Assembly (NCBI GenBank): GCA_965285935.1 | Contig: OZ260663.1 | Span: 66,216,001 to 66,280,000, forward strand | Reading direction: 5' to 3' | Length of the DNA: 64,000 nucleotides | Source: Ophelia neglecta | Lineage: Eukaryota | In this document: piece after piece, positions 49,601 to 63,588 of the stretch | How positions within the stretch are numbered: position 1 is the stretch's first letter | Layout: every line of letters begins with the position of its first letter | Made by a program: the position numbers and the translations under genes | The notes under the pieces: model-generated | Database searches by the model: none | What the model saw: the letters and a program-made list of their open reading frames with translations, nothing else | Told to the model about the DNA's origin: nothing

Positions 49601-52600
49601 TCCTGTTACTATGGTAATAAAAGAAACGAAATACTTATTTTCGATCTTTCTCATTAGAATCTTAGGGATATAAATTCAAAATCAAGCATATATATTGTGG
49701 ATGCCATCCTGACACTACTGCCCTTTTAAAATATTCGAGCTAGGTTGCCATGACAAAGGACATTATTATTTTAGAACAATGAAAGGAAGCTGCATTAGTA
49801 TACCTTATTGTATGGATGGATCATGACTTTGATACATGGTAAGGGAGAAGCGGAATATAAACCGGGAAAAACCTTTTTTTTTCATATTTGGTTTATAGAT
49901 ACATTACACATTGCCTCCATTTATGTTTTTGTCACACTTCTCCCTTAGCATGCATCTAAGCCTTTAAACAAAGTTGCCAAAGTTTATCTTTCCACACAAG
50001 GCCAACTAATGCTGCCTTATTTCATAGTTGCAAAATAATTATGCACCGTTTCCATTGCAACCACAGAAAATTTAAAAATTAATAGCTGGTTATATTCATG
50101 AGAATGAGGAATTTGTGTGTGAGTGTATTTTGTTCATACTTGGTTGCCATGGTAACGGGTATATATACAAATTGCCTCCATGACTAGTCTGAATAGCCGT
50201 TATCAAATGCAATATTTCAACTAAATTTCTGTACTAAACTGGCAGAATGCTATGTGCTATTAAAATGATTGTATCAATGCGCTTATTTTCATCAACGCAC
50301 TTCAGTTAGTTGAATGATTAAGAAATCGTTTGTTCATCTTAAAATTTCATGAAATAAGGCTTTTAATCAAACGTCAATAATTTTAGAATTTTTCGTTACC
50401 TTCGCATGAAAATCGATCGTTGTAGATTTCTCTGTATCCATCTTTGCACACACAAGTATATGACGACGCCGTGTTGTCACAATTTGTCGAATTTTCATCA
50501 CACATATGCTTTATTCGAGGGTCGACTGCTGCACACTCATCGATATCTTCAGATAAACACGTATAAGTTAACTACAGTACATATTGATAAAATAGTGAGC
50601 CTAGCAATAAAGTGGTGATGAAGAACAGCGAAATTTATAAACTTACCGACACAAGTTATCATGTCTTCGAATGGTCTGTAGCCCAAACCACATCTACATT
50701 CATAGTGTCCATCTTTGTTCAAACAATAAGAGGTAGGGCCAGAACATCTGTGTTCCGACATACACTCATTCATGTCTTAAACGGGAAATTTTAAAATCAT
50801 TTTCGCCATAAGCGGTGGACGCAAAGCGGGGTTTTTATGTGTTTGTTTGGCAAATGATCTCTCAGTAACGTCTCATACATAAACTGACGTACTAACACCA
50901 GTCTCTTTATTAAAACGAACCTATTTGTTTTGCCAAAATTGATATTGTTACGACCACCTATGATTTTATATCTTGGTTTATGTTCAAATGAAATAGGTAT
51001 ATAGATGAAATTGAATGTGCGCCATAACAATTGACATATCGTGATTTGGCCCTAGACATACCGTCACACAAATCAGTAAGGACGTTGATGGTATAGCCAT
51101 TGTTACAGATGCACTGTTCGGATCCCTCAACAATCAGACAAACTCCATGTCCACAGTCTCGAGAACATGCTCTCTCCGGATCAGCTGGAGAACAGACAAG
51201 ATGTAAAGCTAGAGAATTAAGAGCCCCGTTTTCAAAGAATTTACATTACATGAATGAGCGACTACCAATAAGTGTCGTTTTCAATCGGTTTCATTTTTTA
51301 ACAGAAAATCTGTTAATATCCCACATACCAACACAATTTGGTGAGCCAGAAAACTCTTGATGAAAGCCGTCTAAACAGTCACACTGGTATGACCCGTCTC
51401 CGTTCAGGCACGCCTGGGTACAAGGCATAGTCGGTAGGGCACATTCATCTACATCTGAAGAAACAATACATGTACCTCAAAGACATGCCACTATTTTCGT
51501 TGATGTAATCACAGTTAAGGTGTAAGACTTTTACATTCAGGATTATGTTTTAGATATGTATGGTTAAATCGATTGTTTCCAAGAAATATCAATTTGAAGG
51601 TATTAACCATGACAGGAAACTCCATCAGTCAAGTTCAGGAGGTGCCCCGCAGCACACGAACAAATAACGTTGCCATCGACGCTTTGACAGCTGCCAGAAC
51701 ATCCACCATTATCAATAAGGCATTTGTCAATAGCTGAAAAGGGTGGAACTATTTGTATTTTCATTGTTTTATTCCGCTTACTCAATAATAACAACGTAAC
51801 AATGTCTAGAACGTTTTATGGCGCGACAACGTCGGATCACTGAAGAAATGAAAAAGACACGGAAACTAACCCGAGCAGGCGAATCCGTTGCCAATAAAGC
51901 CCTCCCGACAAGTGCATGTGTAAGACCCAATATAATTTGTACATTTTGCATGTTTCGAGCAACCGTTGACTGCCCCAGGGGCACATTCGTCGATATCTGT
52001 AATGAACACCATTAAACGTATGAAGGCATGGAACAATTTGATGTAGAGCAATATATCTTTTGGGCGCTTTTTATTGTACCATGGTAATACTGGTTGCTGG
52101 AAACTGGAAATCTATATGGTACACATGGCGCAATTAATGTCATTAAATACATGTATGTCACGTAATGCACTACTTCACATTATGTGGAGGTTATTAATGT
52201 CATTAATCGAGAACAATTCCCTATTTCACGTAATACACTACTTCACATTATGTGGAGGATATTATTGTTCGGACTCAGCAAAATTTACAAAAAACCAAAG
52301 TAAACAATTTCACCTAAGCATGATGTTCCGTCCGCTGCAAGATAGTATCCACTGTGGCAGTCACAGTGATACGTTCCATGAGTGTCTCGGCACAGCTGTG
52401 AACAACCGTGCTCAATCTCATTGCACTCATTTATATCTAAAGACATAAATATATAATATAAGAATCTGAATATTGAAATATTGTTTCTCGCAATTTCTTT
52501 TCGCACATTTAAAAAAGACGTTGTTTTTAAAATTAAATGATTGATTTCTACATTAAAAGACTCACTTTCACATTCTAAAGCGTATGTTTTCATACGAAAT

Positions 52601-55600
52601 CCAGGGAGACAGTGACATTCGTAACTACCGGGCTTGTTTTCACAAAGTGTGTTTGCACCACAACCGTGTATACCTATCATGCATTCGTCCTTGTCTGTAA
52701 CCAAGACAACCATGCATAATCATTAATACTAGCATGCAAATTGTATCGATTGGCTAATCGATCGGTCAATCAATCTACCAAACAATCAACCGGAAATCAT
52801 TTCCCAACCTATGTGATTGGAAGCTATACACAATTGTTCTTTACTGAAACAACCATATTTCCTCAAGGAGATGTGAATTAAGGGTTAAGTTATATTTGTA
52901 TTTTTTTCCAAGCATTTGTTATGTGCATATCTCCTACACCATGCATTTTTAACTAGAGTTTACTCGCTTGAATTATCAAATAGTCTTTTTAAAGTTCAAT
53001 AACCCACCTAAGCATGTAGAACCATCTCCACTGAGTTGATAACCGTTCGGACAAAAACATCGTTCCACACCACTGACCACAGCGCATCCTCCTAGTAAGG
53101 CATCACAGGTCCTTGTTGTACAAGACGAGAGTGCTGAAAAACGTGACACCATTGGCCTTATATGAAAATAGTGAAAAAAAGTAGAATAATCAGCTCAGTA
53201 GATTCCACTGGGCATATTTCATCCTCGTCCATCGTTGACCAATGAGTCGATTTTTCTGTTTTTGACTCACAACGTCTAGTACTGATTATTCTTTTAACAA
53301 GGGATAATGATCTTATATTTTTATCGCATTGATTTCTTTACAAACGTATTACAAATGTCCGTTTGACCAAAATGTCATTAGTTTGACTATATCCTTGGTT
53401 TGTTTGATATGTCCCCTCTCGTGTTTACCTAAACAGGTATGACCATCCAGCTCGAGAAAGAAGTCGTCCTCGCATGTACACAGATAATAACCTCTCCTGT
53501 CTTTGCAGCCTTGGTCGCACAGATGATTCTCCTTCTCGCATATATATTGAGCTAAAATGAATAATCTGTATTCAGAATGAATGAAAAAAAGAACGAGATA
53601 TTTCAATCAAACGAACGAAATATAGTGAAACCTGCCTTAAAGACCACCTCTAAAATCAGACTACCTGTCAATTCAGACCACTAATATGAGGACCGTGATA
53701 TATACTTTCAAGGCTGAAAAACCTGTCTATAAACAAACCACCTCTACAATCAGGCCAGTAGTTTCCAGTCCCTTGGGTGGTCTTAATTCACAGTTTTCAC
53801 TGTATCATACATTAATAAAACGAGGAAATTCTCGCCAAGAACGATTTTAGTTTTGGAATTTTCTCATTTTGACATTATATAAATACATATATAGCACCAG
53901 GTTAACAAAATTATATATATATTTTAACTGGCCGACGGGTTATGCAAGAAAAGGCTACCATGACATATTGTATTGTTGCTGTGTTCTCCATAGTATCCAT
54001 AACCACAGTCACAGTTAAAGGATCCCACCGTGTTTCGACAATATCTTGAACATCCTCCATTGTTGTTTGCGCACTCGTCGATATCTGGTATAAATAAGAG
54101 GCCCTCATTTGAAAATACCCAAAATCGATGGTTTTCTAGAATTCACTTATTAAAATTTAATATATATTGATGAACTTTTGTGACTGTTATACTACAATGT
54201 ACTCACCGACACAGGATTTGTCAGGTAACATAATATATCCCGACTTGCAGCTGCAAGTATAACTTCCCGCAGGCGTGTCATTGCACTGTCCATTAACTTG
54301 ATCGCAATCATTCAACATTGTGTTTTCGCATTCTAGGATGTCTGAAGCCCGAAGATTAAAATTAATGTATAATTTACTAGCTACGCAGTGGAGAAATTCT
54401 CAACGAAATTATCTTAATATACACATACAAAGAAAGGCAGAAATATCATTACTTCGTGTGTAGCACCACTGAACAGATAACCGCCCTTATGGCCACGACT
54501 ATGCTCAAATCTTTTATTAAATAAATGTTCAACCACTATACCGATGCATCTAATGCCATCTGCATCGAGAAGAAAGCCACTGTCGCATTCACAACGATAG
54601 CTCCCTTTAATATTGACACATCTATGATCACACTTGTGTTTCCTTGGATCACTGGACGGTAGCACACACTCATTTATGTCTTAAGGAGGAGAAGTTGCAA
54701 AATAATTATACAAATAATGGGATTACCTAGAACTGAACTAGAGAATGTCTTAATTCTAATCGTTACAAGAATTGGACATAATTGTACGTAGTTAAAAACA
54801 AGAAGTGTACGTTCACATACCTGCGCATGTTTTTCCATCTCCTTCCATACCGCCCGGACAGCTGGAGCACGTGTACTCATGTTTAGTCCAACTTGAAGCA
54901 ACACTGGTTGCGTCAAGGTCAAAACACTCTGTCCAAATTAACAAAATAAGTAACATGTAATGTATTGTAATTTATAATCTTCCAAGTATGATAATACATA
55001 CCCAAAATGCATGAACGATGTCAGTAATTGACTATTCTTTTTATCAAGAGAAGCCCACCTTGATAACAATGTTTTATTTGGCAGCCATGGAAGTCCTCAT
55101 CGCAGAGAAAACCAGTCCATCCTGGTGGACAGTGACATAGAGCAAATCCAAACGAACCATTCCACTGCGCGAGAGAACGTTTTTAAAGCGATTGAAAAGT
55201 TCAAAACATATTTAATAATCCAAGCCACCGCACAAACGTAATTCATAAGCTGCTTAGTAAAGAAAATATCCTAGTTTCAAAGCAAACACGATAAACTACC
55301 TGAACCTCGTTGAAATCACACTGTCCTTCATTTTCGCAGGCGCATAATACTATTTCTGGGGTAAAGACTGCTGAAGCTCCGAGACTATCAGTGGCCAATA
55401 TGTCCACTTGGACAGACTCCGCGCTCTCAATCAGAAGGTTGTAACTCCCTCTATATAAATGAGGTTCCGACGTGGGAGTGCCAGATATCATTGCGACAGT
55501 TGATGTGCCTCCTTGCATTTTAATCACAGTAAATGATATTGGTCCGTTCTTATCCTCGGCCTCAATGTTTATAGAGTAAATAGATCCTATGTTGACATCC

Positions 55601-58600
55601 ATTTTATTTTTCATGGTTTGGGATTTAAACACAGGTGGAAAATTGGCTGCAAGTTAAATTTGGAGTTTAAGGATAAAAAAAATTTCTTTTCCATTGGAAT
55701 ATGATAATACTGTATTAAAATTGATCAGTTTTAATCTATAAAAATTGTCATATATCTTACCGAGCTGTGCTTGTTCGAATGCCATGTCCCGAGCAAAGCT
55801 TATTGACTGTGACCCAAGAGTGTTTGTCCCCGTCTCTTTGTTTATATACAAGCACACGTTATCTGGAGCAGTATCCGGGAGACTGGCACATATTGCTTTT
55901 TCATCAGAAGTGAATTCAGCGATATCGTAAAAGTTAGGGGTAAACCCCGCTTTGAAATAATTATTTGCGCTATCCGGATTTGAGTAGGAGAAGAATAAAG
56001 AGTGTTCATCGGCGTTCGAAGACCCATAGACGTTCCTCAATGACCCTGAATCAGTGAAAGTAATCATAATATGATTAAAAACTGGTATACTAATTAAAGA
56101 TTTAAATGCTGACATCAATTATTACTAAAGAAAGGGTTTTTTACATACAACTTTCAACAAAATCATGATAATCGGCATCGGATGATATTGACTGGTCTAA
56201 TTCTACTCCAGATTCCTTGACAATATCGTTTAACACGTTGTCATCGTAGTCGCCTAGCAGGCCCTGGAATACATCGCCTATCAGAGTAGAATCCACCTGA
56301 ACTTTTATATAAGTACCAGACCCCTGCAAGCCCACAGACACGGCTACTCCCTGGTCGAAGACTAAGTGAGTTATATTATCCGCATGGTCAATGCCTACGC
56401 CATGTCCTAGGGGAACAGGTGAGACACTTGTATATTCTGCCGCGTCTACAAATATGACTGTTTTTGATGGCTGCATTTGATACACCTGCAAGCTTGGTGA
56501 GTCTCCAACCTGTATTGCAACGGCACTAAAGGAGAAAAATGCATATTTTAATAACAGATAGCACTACATGACAAAACACTTTCAAGGAATTATCTAATAC
56601 CTTATTAAATGAATACCTTGGCACAATTGCTTTGGAGTTGGAAGTTTCTTGTATTTGCGATAAAGCTGTTCTGAGGTGTATCAGAAAAGGAATAGCAGCA
56701 TTTGGGCTACTTCGTAGCAATATGTATTCTCCAAAACCTCTAATGGTATAACGGGATCCATCAAAGGTCGACACCAGACCATTGCCGCTTACAAATGCTA
56801 TAAAAAAACACAAACGGTGACAAATCCAAACCCTCGTATAAGTACTTAATTCTTTGTTAAGAACTGTATATTCTGGAGACGTGTTATATATGTTAATAAT
56901 TTTAACTAATCTTACCCAATTTTTTTAACGAATAGGAGCTACTATCGACAACCGGTCTCTTTTCGATGAATTTTTCACAATAATTTAATTCAGCGTCCTT
57001 GCAGCACCATTGATAAGGATCTATGTCGTGTTCTCTGTGTAATATTTCTGCGTCAAATGTCTTTGGCCAGGTTATGAAATATATTGATTTATAAATTAAG
57101 ATAATCATTCAAAGGGAAACACTTACACTATTTGTTGAATATGCATTTTGTGCCCCAACTTGAATAGTTTATACTTACAGGTAAATATTTCACAATGCCC
57201 CCAAGATCAGCATACCGATTGGCTAGTCTGTGTGACAATAATAAGCTACCCTCATTCGTGTAGCAACATTTCATAGAAGCCCCTTAAACAAAAAATTAAA
57301 GGTTTCAAACCACATGAATCAAAGCGTAAAGAAAGTTCATGGAAGTTTAATTAATTTGGCAGTGAATTATATTGAACATGACAAACCGTGCTGATTGCTT
57401 GCACTTCGTATATAACACATATCTCCGGATGTTTTGAAACTGGCGTCGAATTTCGTTTGGTTTTGATGAGCTGGACACTTTCCCAGGAGTGTTGCTGCCC
57501 AATTTTCTATTGGCCCTTCTGACTGCGATTATAAAATAAAATAGATGTATCTTAATAGTTCATATGGCTGACTTTCATTATACAATTCATCAAATGGAAC
57601 TTTACAATAAATGTCTCATATTTTAGTACCTGGAACCAGTCTGTACAAAGCCGTCTTGGGTTCTTATAGCCAGAATGATTGTCGTCTATTCTGTATACAA
57701 GCATGCCTTCTCGCCCATGGCTCTGCATTGTCTTCTCAGAAACCCTGTACGCATTAGGTTTGTCGGCGAAGACAGACCATTTACCAGAGTTTGAATTCTC
57801 CTTCGTATAATCAATATTTTTTGGAGCTTTTATGGCGTATCCTATTTTGCCGGGATATCCCCTCCAGATGAGTTGAAGGTCAGTCGTGCTGGTGTAAAAG
57901 ATACGAAGAAAACAAGATTAAGTAGTGTTATGTCATATTCCTCTTTTGGGTTACTCGCGTGTGTATAGGGTGAATTAATTGCGCTGGTGCAACCTGATTT
58001 TTTTAACACCTACTCATAGTGCGTTGGTTCCCATTTCATTCCCTCGTCCTGATAGAGGTAGATAACGTAAGTATGCATGCTGTCTGTCACCACTGTTGCT
58101 TGGTACGTATTCCTCTATGTAAAATAATACCAACACACGCATTATGAGAAAATATTTTATTTTTGCCGAGACACCATCGAAATGTGCCGTTAACACTGGT
58201 GAAAATAAAAACTGTTTGATTATCCCAAATCACAAATGCTAAATAAAGATACAAACTTCTTTCGTCCGCGATGGATATTCTGGAGCCATATTCGACCAAG
58301 TGACCTTGAGAGTGTATTTCGGTATAATTGCGACATTGATGCTGTCTATAAGGAGTTTACTTGCTCGCAATACGAAGTCATCCGTCGAACCAAAATATTG
58401 GTTGTACCACACCTGAAGCGAGCAGACACAATTAATACGTCCTGGTGGAAAAATTGGTTAAATGGAATGTATAAGTTACTAAATACAGTATTTAATTTTG
58501 AAAATTGTTAACCATAGCTATATTGTATCGGATTTACCTACCTTATGGAATGTTTTATCGTTTTGATTGTTAGCCCAAAAAGGCGCCAAAATACCAACTA

Positions 58601-61600
58601 TCTCCGTACTGGTGTCCAGAGCATAATCCATTTGATTTGGATAAGGAAATGTCTCCTTGCGGTCATATTCCCGAGTCCTGTTAGTCAGCCCTATTAAGCC
58701 ATTTTCACTTATCTGTATGAAAGGAAATAAAAATTGTACATGTTAAACACATTAATATACTATATTCCAATCCGTTCAAAATAGCCATCACAAAAGCACA
58801 CTTCAACGCACGTAAAACGAGTTTGCGAGCTGTTCTCCAAAAACCGGAAGCCCTTCAGGAAATATTATAAGGGAAGACGCTCCCTCTCCAGTCAGTTTAG
58901 AATCGGTGAGCATTTCAGTATCTCCTGTTTCGGATCCATAGCGGAAAAGACGCTCCTCTGAATTGAACAAAACAAATAATATGATCATTATTCAGCATTC
59001 ATTATAATTTCATCTCATATGTTTTATAGTATTCCATAGCATTGACAAATTGCTTGAAATCTTGAATAAAGGTGTATATAAATATTATTATTTGCCCACC
59101 TTTGCACCTGGTCCCGCCATCTTCAGCAATATAACCTTCTTGACAGGTGCACATATAAGAACCTCTTGTGTTAAAACATTTCATTTTTGGAGGGCAAATG
59201 TCTTCTTGGGCACACTCGTTAATATCTAGACGAAAAAATGAATATGATTTAAAATCAGGGAGGAAACTATACGCCGCTGGCCTCCGTCGACTTATGGAAT
59301 ACAATACCAGACGTTTCATGGGTAAATGATATAATAAATAAGGCAAGAAGACAATTATTTCAAAGCGAATGTGTATCATAATTCTATTAATGATCTCAAA
59401 TAATCAAATTTCTAAACAAACCATCACACTCTATTCCTGATCCCGTAAAACCATTCTTACACTGGCAATAAAACAAAGGTTTTGTGTTTATACAATCAGC
59501 ATCTTGGTGACAATCGTGCTGAACGGAACCGTAAAAGTCTCTCTCCTCACATTCGTTAACATCTGTCAAACAATCGTCAATAATTGTACTTATACAAACA
59601 TTTCATAAAATAACATCAAAAAGGTGCACACAATTTATAGTAGAACTCATCTTAAACATTGTATCCCTCAATAGAATAAAAACAGTGGAAGTTGATACTC
59701 GGAAGACAAAACGACATTATCCATCAGGAACTGTCTACAAAATGGACATAATAAACTACCAATCACAAGCCTAAATACAGCAATCCTAAGTCCCCAAGCT
59801 TTAATAAACTGGCAATGAAAATAATTATATGAAAAATAAATTATTGTCACTTGCAATGAGATATAAATAACAGTTTTCCATGATTCGAGTCAAAGCACGA
59901 AACAAACAAGTCAGTGCTTGCAACTGCAACATACGTTGTTAATCAATATGACGCAGATACACATTGCCGCAAGAATAGTTCGTTAAAACGGTCCGAAATC
60001 ATCAGGAACCAGTATCCACAGGCTCACATACATCAATCCCGAGAATCCGAACAGTATATAAACGCGTAATGCAAATAACAATTAAAAGGTTCATGAATAC
60101 AAGTCAGATATGCCCACCACGACAGCGAAGGAAATGTTCTTCTTGGTCGTCTAATACAGGTGTGTATCCAGGCTCACAATGGCAGTCGTATTTTATTCCT
60201 CGTTCCTGATACAGACATATTCCCCCGCTATTCCTAAAGCACGGATCGTAATCACACCACGGGATATGACCTGGTATTTGAAGAAGAATTCTGAAACTCA
60301 TCCGAACATATTTTGCAAAGCCTACTGATAAGTCAGAAGTCATATTTATGTTTATTAAAATCGGAAAATGATATGGCTGGAAGATGAAGTTACCTTGATT
60401 CTGCAATGATTATTGCCCTGTCCGAAATTATATCAAATTACGGGTTATGAGGTTTAACTTTAAGCTTAAATATTGCCTTATAATGCAGTGTTTAGCATAT
60501 TAACTGATTAATGGAATACCTGGGTAACAAAGTCTTGGTGAACACCCCTCCCTGTGTTCAACATCAGCAATTTCATTATTGCGGGAGCATGCTCGCCCCC
60601 CATCAAACGGCACAGGGTTGTTACAGCTACGGTTTCTCATCTGGTAGCCGGGACCACAACCCGATAGACATTCGGACCAAGGTGACCATTCACCCCAATC
60701 GCCATCGACTGCAAAATCAGACCAGGCAAATTATTTGGTTTTCTGAAGTGCAAGGCAAGCTTCAATTAACTGATAGGTCAAGGCAATACAAGAAAAAATA
60801 TGGAATGAATGACTTCCATTCCTAATTTTGAGACATATAACCTGTTTGACAATTTGGACCGTGATGTCCAGACTCGCATTCACAAGTATAGCCTCCAGTG
60901 CCTTCATTGCATACTCCGTGACCACCGCAGGCATCGTCTGTACAGTCAACGATATCTATAGTAAAGTGTTTTTTGCCATGTTAAGGACGATAAGTATGAA
61001 TGTTTTATAAATTTTATGAATTTGTAAAAACCGAGATTTAAAACCTTTGATCGAATCATAAAGATTTTCAATAACGGAAAAAGTTACAAACATATGTGAA
61101 AAGAAAGTCAGAAGTTGTATGCATAAACCCACAATTGTTCACCTGAACGGATTTTCGAAAGGAAATGAGAAAAATACCTGTACAATTTTCTACCCCATCT
61201 CCACTAAAACCTACAGTGCATGTGCAAATGAACGAGCCGATGGTATCGGTACAGTCAGCATTCTCGTGGCATAGATTGAGGTTAGAGTCTGTGCACTCAT
61301 TCATGTCTATAACAAAATAAACATTTTATAGTTTTTTTCAACATCTTATACTGCAAAGAAGTTGAAGTTTACCACCTCACGCATGTTAATGTATTTTTTC
61401 GTCCTTACTTTGACACGATTGTTGTCCAGATTGTTCCACAACCGTATAGCCAGATATACATGCGCACTCGTAGTCCCCAACAAGATTATTACACACTGAG
61501 TAAGGCTCATCTGTGCAAAGAGTTGTGTCTACAGCACATTCGTCTATATCTGGAAGAAGAAGTCTGATATATAACATATAATGTATCCTTGGTTATGTAG

Positions 61601-63588
61601 TGGGTTCGCTTCACCTTGAAGATATCGGCAAATAAATCAAATTAAATAATCTAGTAGAACGCATTAAACCGCTATATATAGCTGCAGGCCAATAAATTGC
61701 AATCACCAGTTCCCTAACTGTAGATTAGCTCATATTAAAACAATAATGCTCTAATAATGATAGGTCCAAATCACCTGCGATTGAGAAATAGTTCAAACAA
61801 AACGCGAGTGGACATCCAGCGAACAAAAAAAGAAGCGCATTCATCAAAAATAGTACATTAAACTTTATCAAATATCTTTTAACTGAAAAATAAGCTAAGT
61901 GATTATGGAGAAATTGATTCTTACTCACTTCATGATCGTCTAGACCTGGAGCTCAAGGTTGCAAAATCGCGTATCATGGGTGCCAATCTAACAGAGAATG
62001 AAAATTCAATTAAAAGGCTCTAACACGATATTTACCTACGCAGGTCAAGCCATCTCCACTTTCTTCGAATCCATCAGGGCAAGAACACGTATAAGGTACT
62101 CCATCAAAGGAACGAAGATTGTACACCTGGTCATTACAAGTAGCAAATGGATCGCACGTTGACAGGTTTAAAGCACATTCGTCTACTTTATCTGAAGTTA
62201 AAAAACAATTCAAACATTTTTTGTTACTGCTATTAAATTTATGTAGTAGGTAGCAGCGCAATGGCCGGTCTTATACTTTCTGCACCTCCTGATTGTTCCG
62301 ACACACGTTTGCAATAAAAAAAATTTAAAACATTAGCGTTTATGCTTAATGGTACGAACATGATAGTGTAATGCCCAACGTACCTCCACAATCAAATATG
62401 GTTCGATACAACGCCATATTGTTGCCTTCATTCACCTCAGTCACTGAGTTTCTGCAGTCGATTAAAACCCCAATATAAGGATGGGTCCAGCAGTATTTGG
62501 CCGTGTCTTTTGTTAGTGGTATAATCAAATTGGAACCATTAAGTTGGATAACAACCGTAACTGCAGCCGGCAGTGGTTGCTGGAAAACCGACATTTGTTT
62601 CAAGTAAATAACCTAGTGAAAACGCAGTTTAACTTTTACTGCACACTATGGCACGGGAACAGTAAGCGTACATTAACCTAAACTATCCGGTAATGCTTCG
62701 AACGCAGTTAGATGTGACAGAATATTGCCCAAATTTATACTTCTTTGCACGTATCATTATACAATGTACATTGCCATACTGCGGTCTTAATTAATAAACT
62801 ATCACGACATTCATTCGTTTCAATAATCATGTACCTCACCTGCAGCAAAAGCAGTTGTTGATTATCGTAATTTCCAGCTGGAAACAAAGCATCTATTCCG
62901 GGATTGTAAAACTCATCTTCGGATATGAAAAAACAGAAATCGAAATGAACATCAGTTCCACTCTGACTGGGAAAGAAGTACCCCCCAGTGACCGTAGCAG
63001 CCACTTCCAAGACAAAATTAGTGGCGGTTGCAGGAACGATGATGTCTAGGTCTAAGTTAGTGATCTCAAACTTCAGTACTGTCAGATCAGTCATACCTGT
63101 AAAACAAAATATCGTAAATTCGACATCTCTTTCAGCTGATCGTTACTGAACGCCTGGGAGTTGTTAACATATAAGAGGCTTACTTGTACAGTGTAAACTG
63201 TCAAAGTTAAGATCCGACGCAACTGCATTGTTGTTTTGTTCATTAGACTCAACAACATCGTTCAATGGGTCAAATTCAGCAATCATCGATATCCTCCCAT
63301 CGAAGTTACAGAGAAACAAAAAGTCTTCAGGTGTTATGGAAATATTTCCCGAAGCTGCAATTAAAATAAACCGTGTGCGGGTGCACATGCTATATCTCAT
63401 AATGAAATATGTAGATAATGCAAGACGGAAGGATTAATTGTGTGTTTAGAAATACCGTATGCTGTTAGTACCTGTAATTGCGCAAGGACTATTGCAAGGA
63501 GATGAAACATCGACGGACAGAAGACTGCCTACGGGCACCTTCAACGGTCCAGCCGCCAATGAAACCTCATATAGATACGAATGGGCGC
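43623..63588 (-). CDS. Giant type-I membrane mucin-like/EGF protein (CARDB-like, EGF/cbEGF, TSP1, NIDO-AMOP-VWD, SEA-like, TM); 5' end probably outside window
   Basis: About 48 phase-consistent exons. CARDB-like: 63472-63588, 63184-63354, 62840-63096, 62384-62612. EGF: 62036-62191, 61409-61549, 61178-61306, 60842-60955. TSP1 ([10 protein letters not shown]): 60520-60708. EGF: 60118-60270, 59422-59562, 59100-59225. NIDO ([16 protein letters not shown]): 58812-58957, 58542-58712, 58257-58412, 58014-58114. AMOP (PYQWCC..C..F..RP): 57630-57888 to 56916-57060. VWD: 56617-56797, 56149-56525. Then 55761-56045, 55300-55646 and ~20 EGF modules between ~55170 and ~47712 (D(I/V)(N/D)EC). TSP1: 46758-46931. 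SEA-like: 46582-46643 to 45372-45549. TM: 44881-45089. Tail: 44098-44214, 43623-43950 (stop). Confidence 0.9.
45678..45824. mobile_element. Possible decayed Harbinger-type MITE in an intron
   Basis: cta|GGGGTAA ... TTACCCC|tta ends with a purine-rich left and C-rich right interior. Confidence 0.3.
53623..53802. mobile_element. Tc1/mariner-pogo (Tigger-like) MITE with TA TSD in an intron of the EGF gene
   Basis: ta|TAGTGAAACCTG..TTAAAGACCACC and GGTGGTCTTAA..CAGTTTTCACTG|ta; internal repeated (G/A)ACCAC(C)T motifs. Confidence 0.8.

Noticed and set aside
60520-60708. Apparent frameshift in the first TSP1 exon
   Set aside because: Recounting the C6 and C4 runs gives an intact 189-nt frame (..[20 protein letters not shown]).
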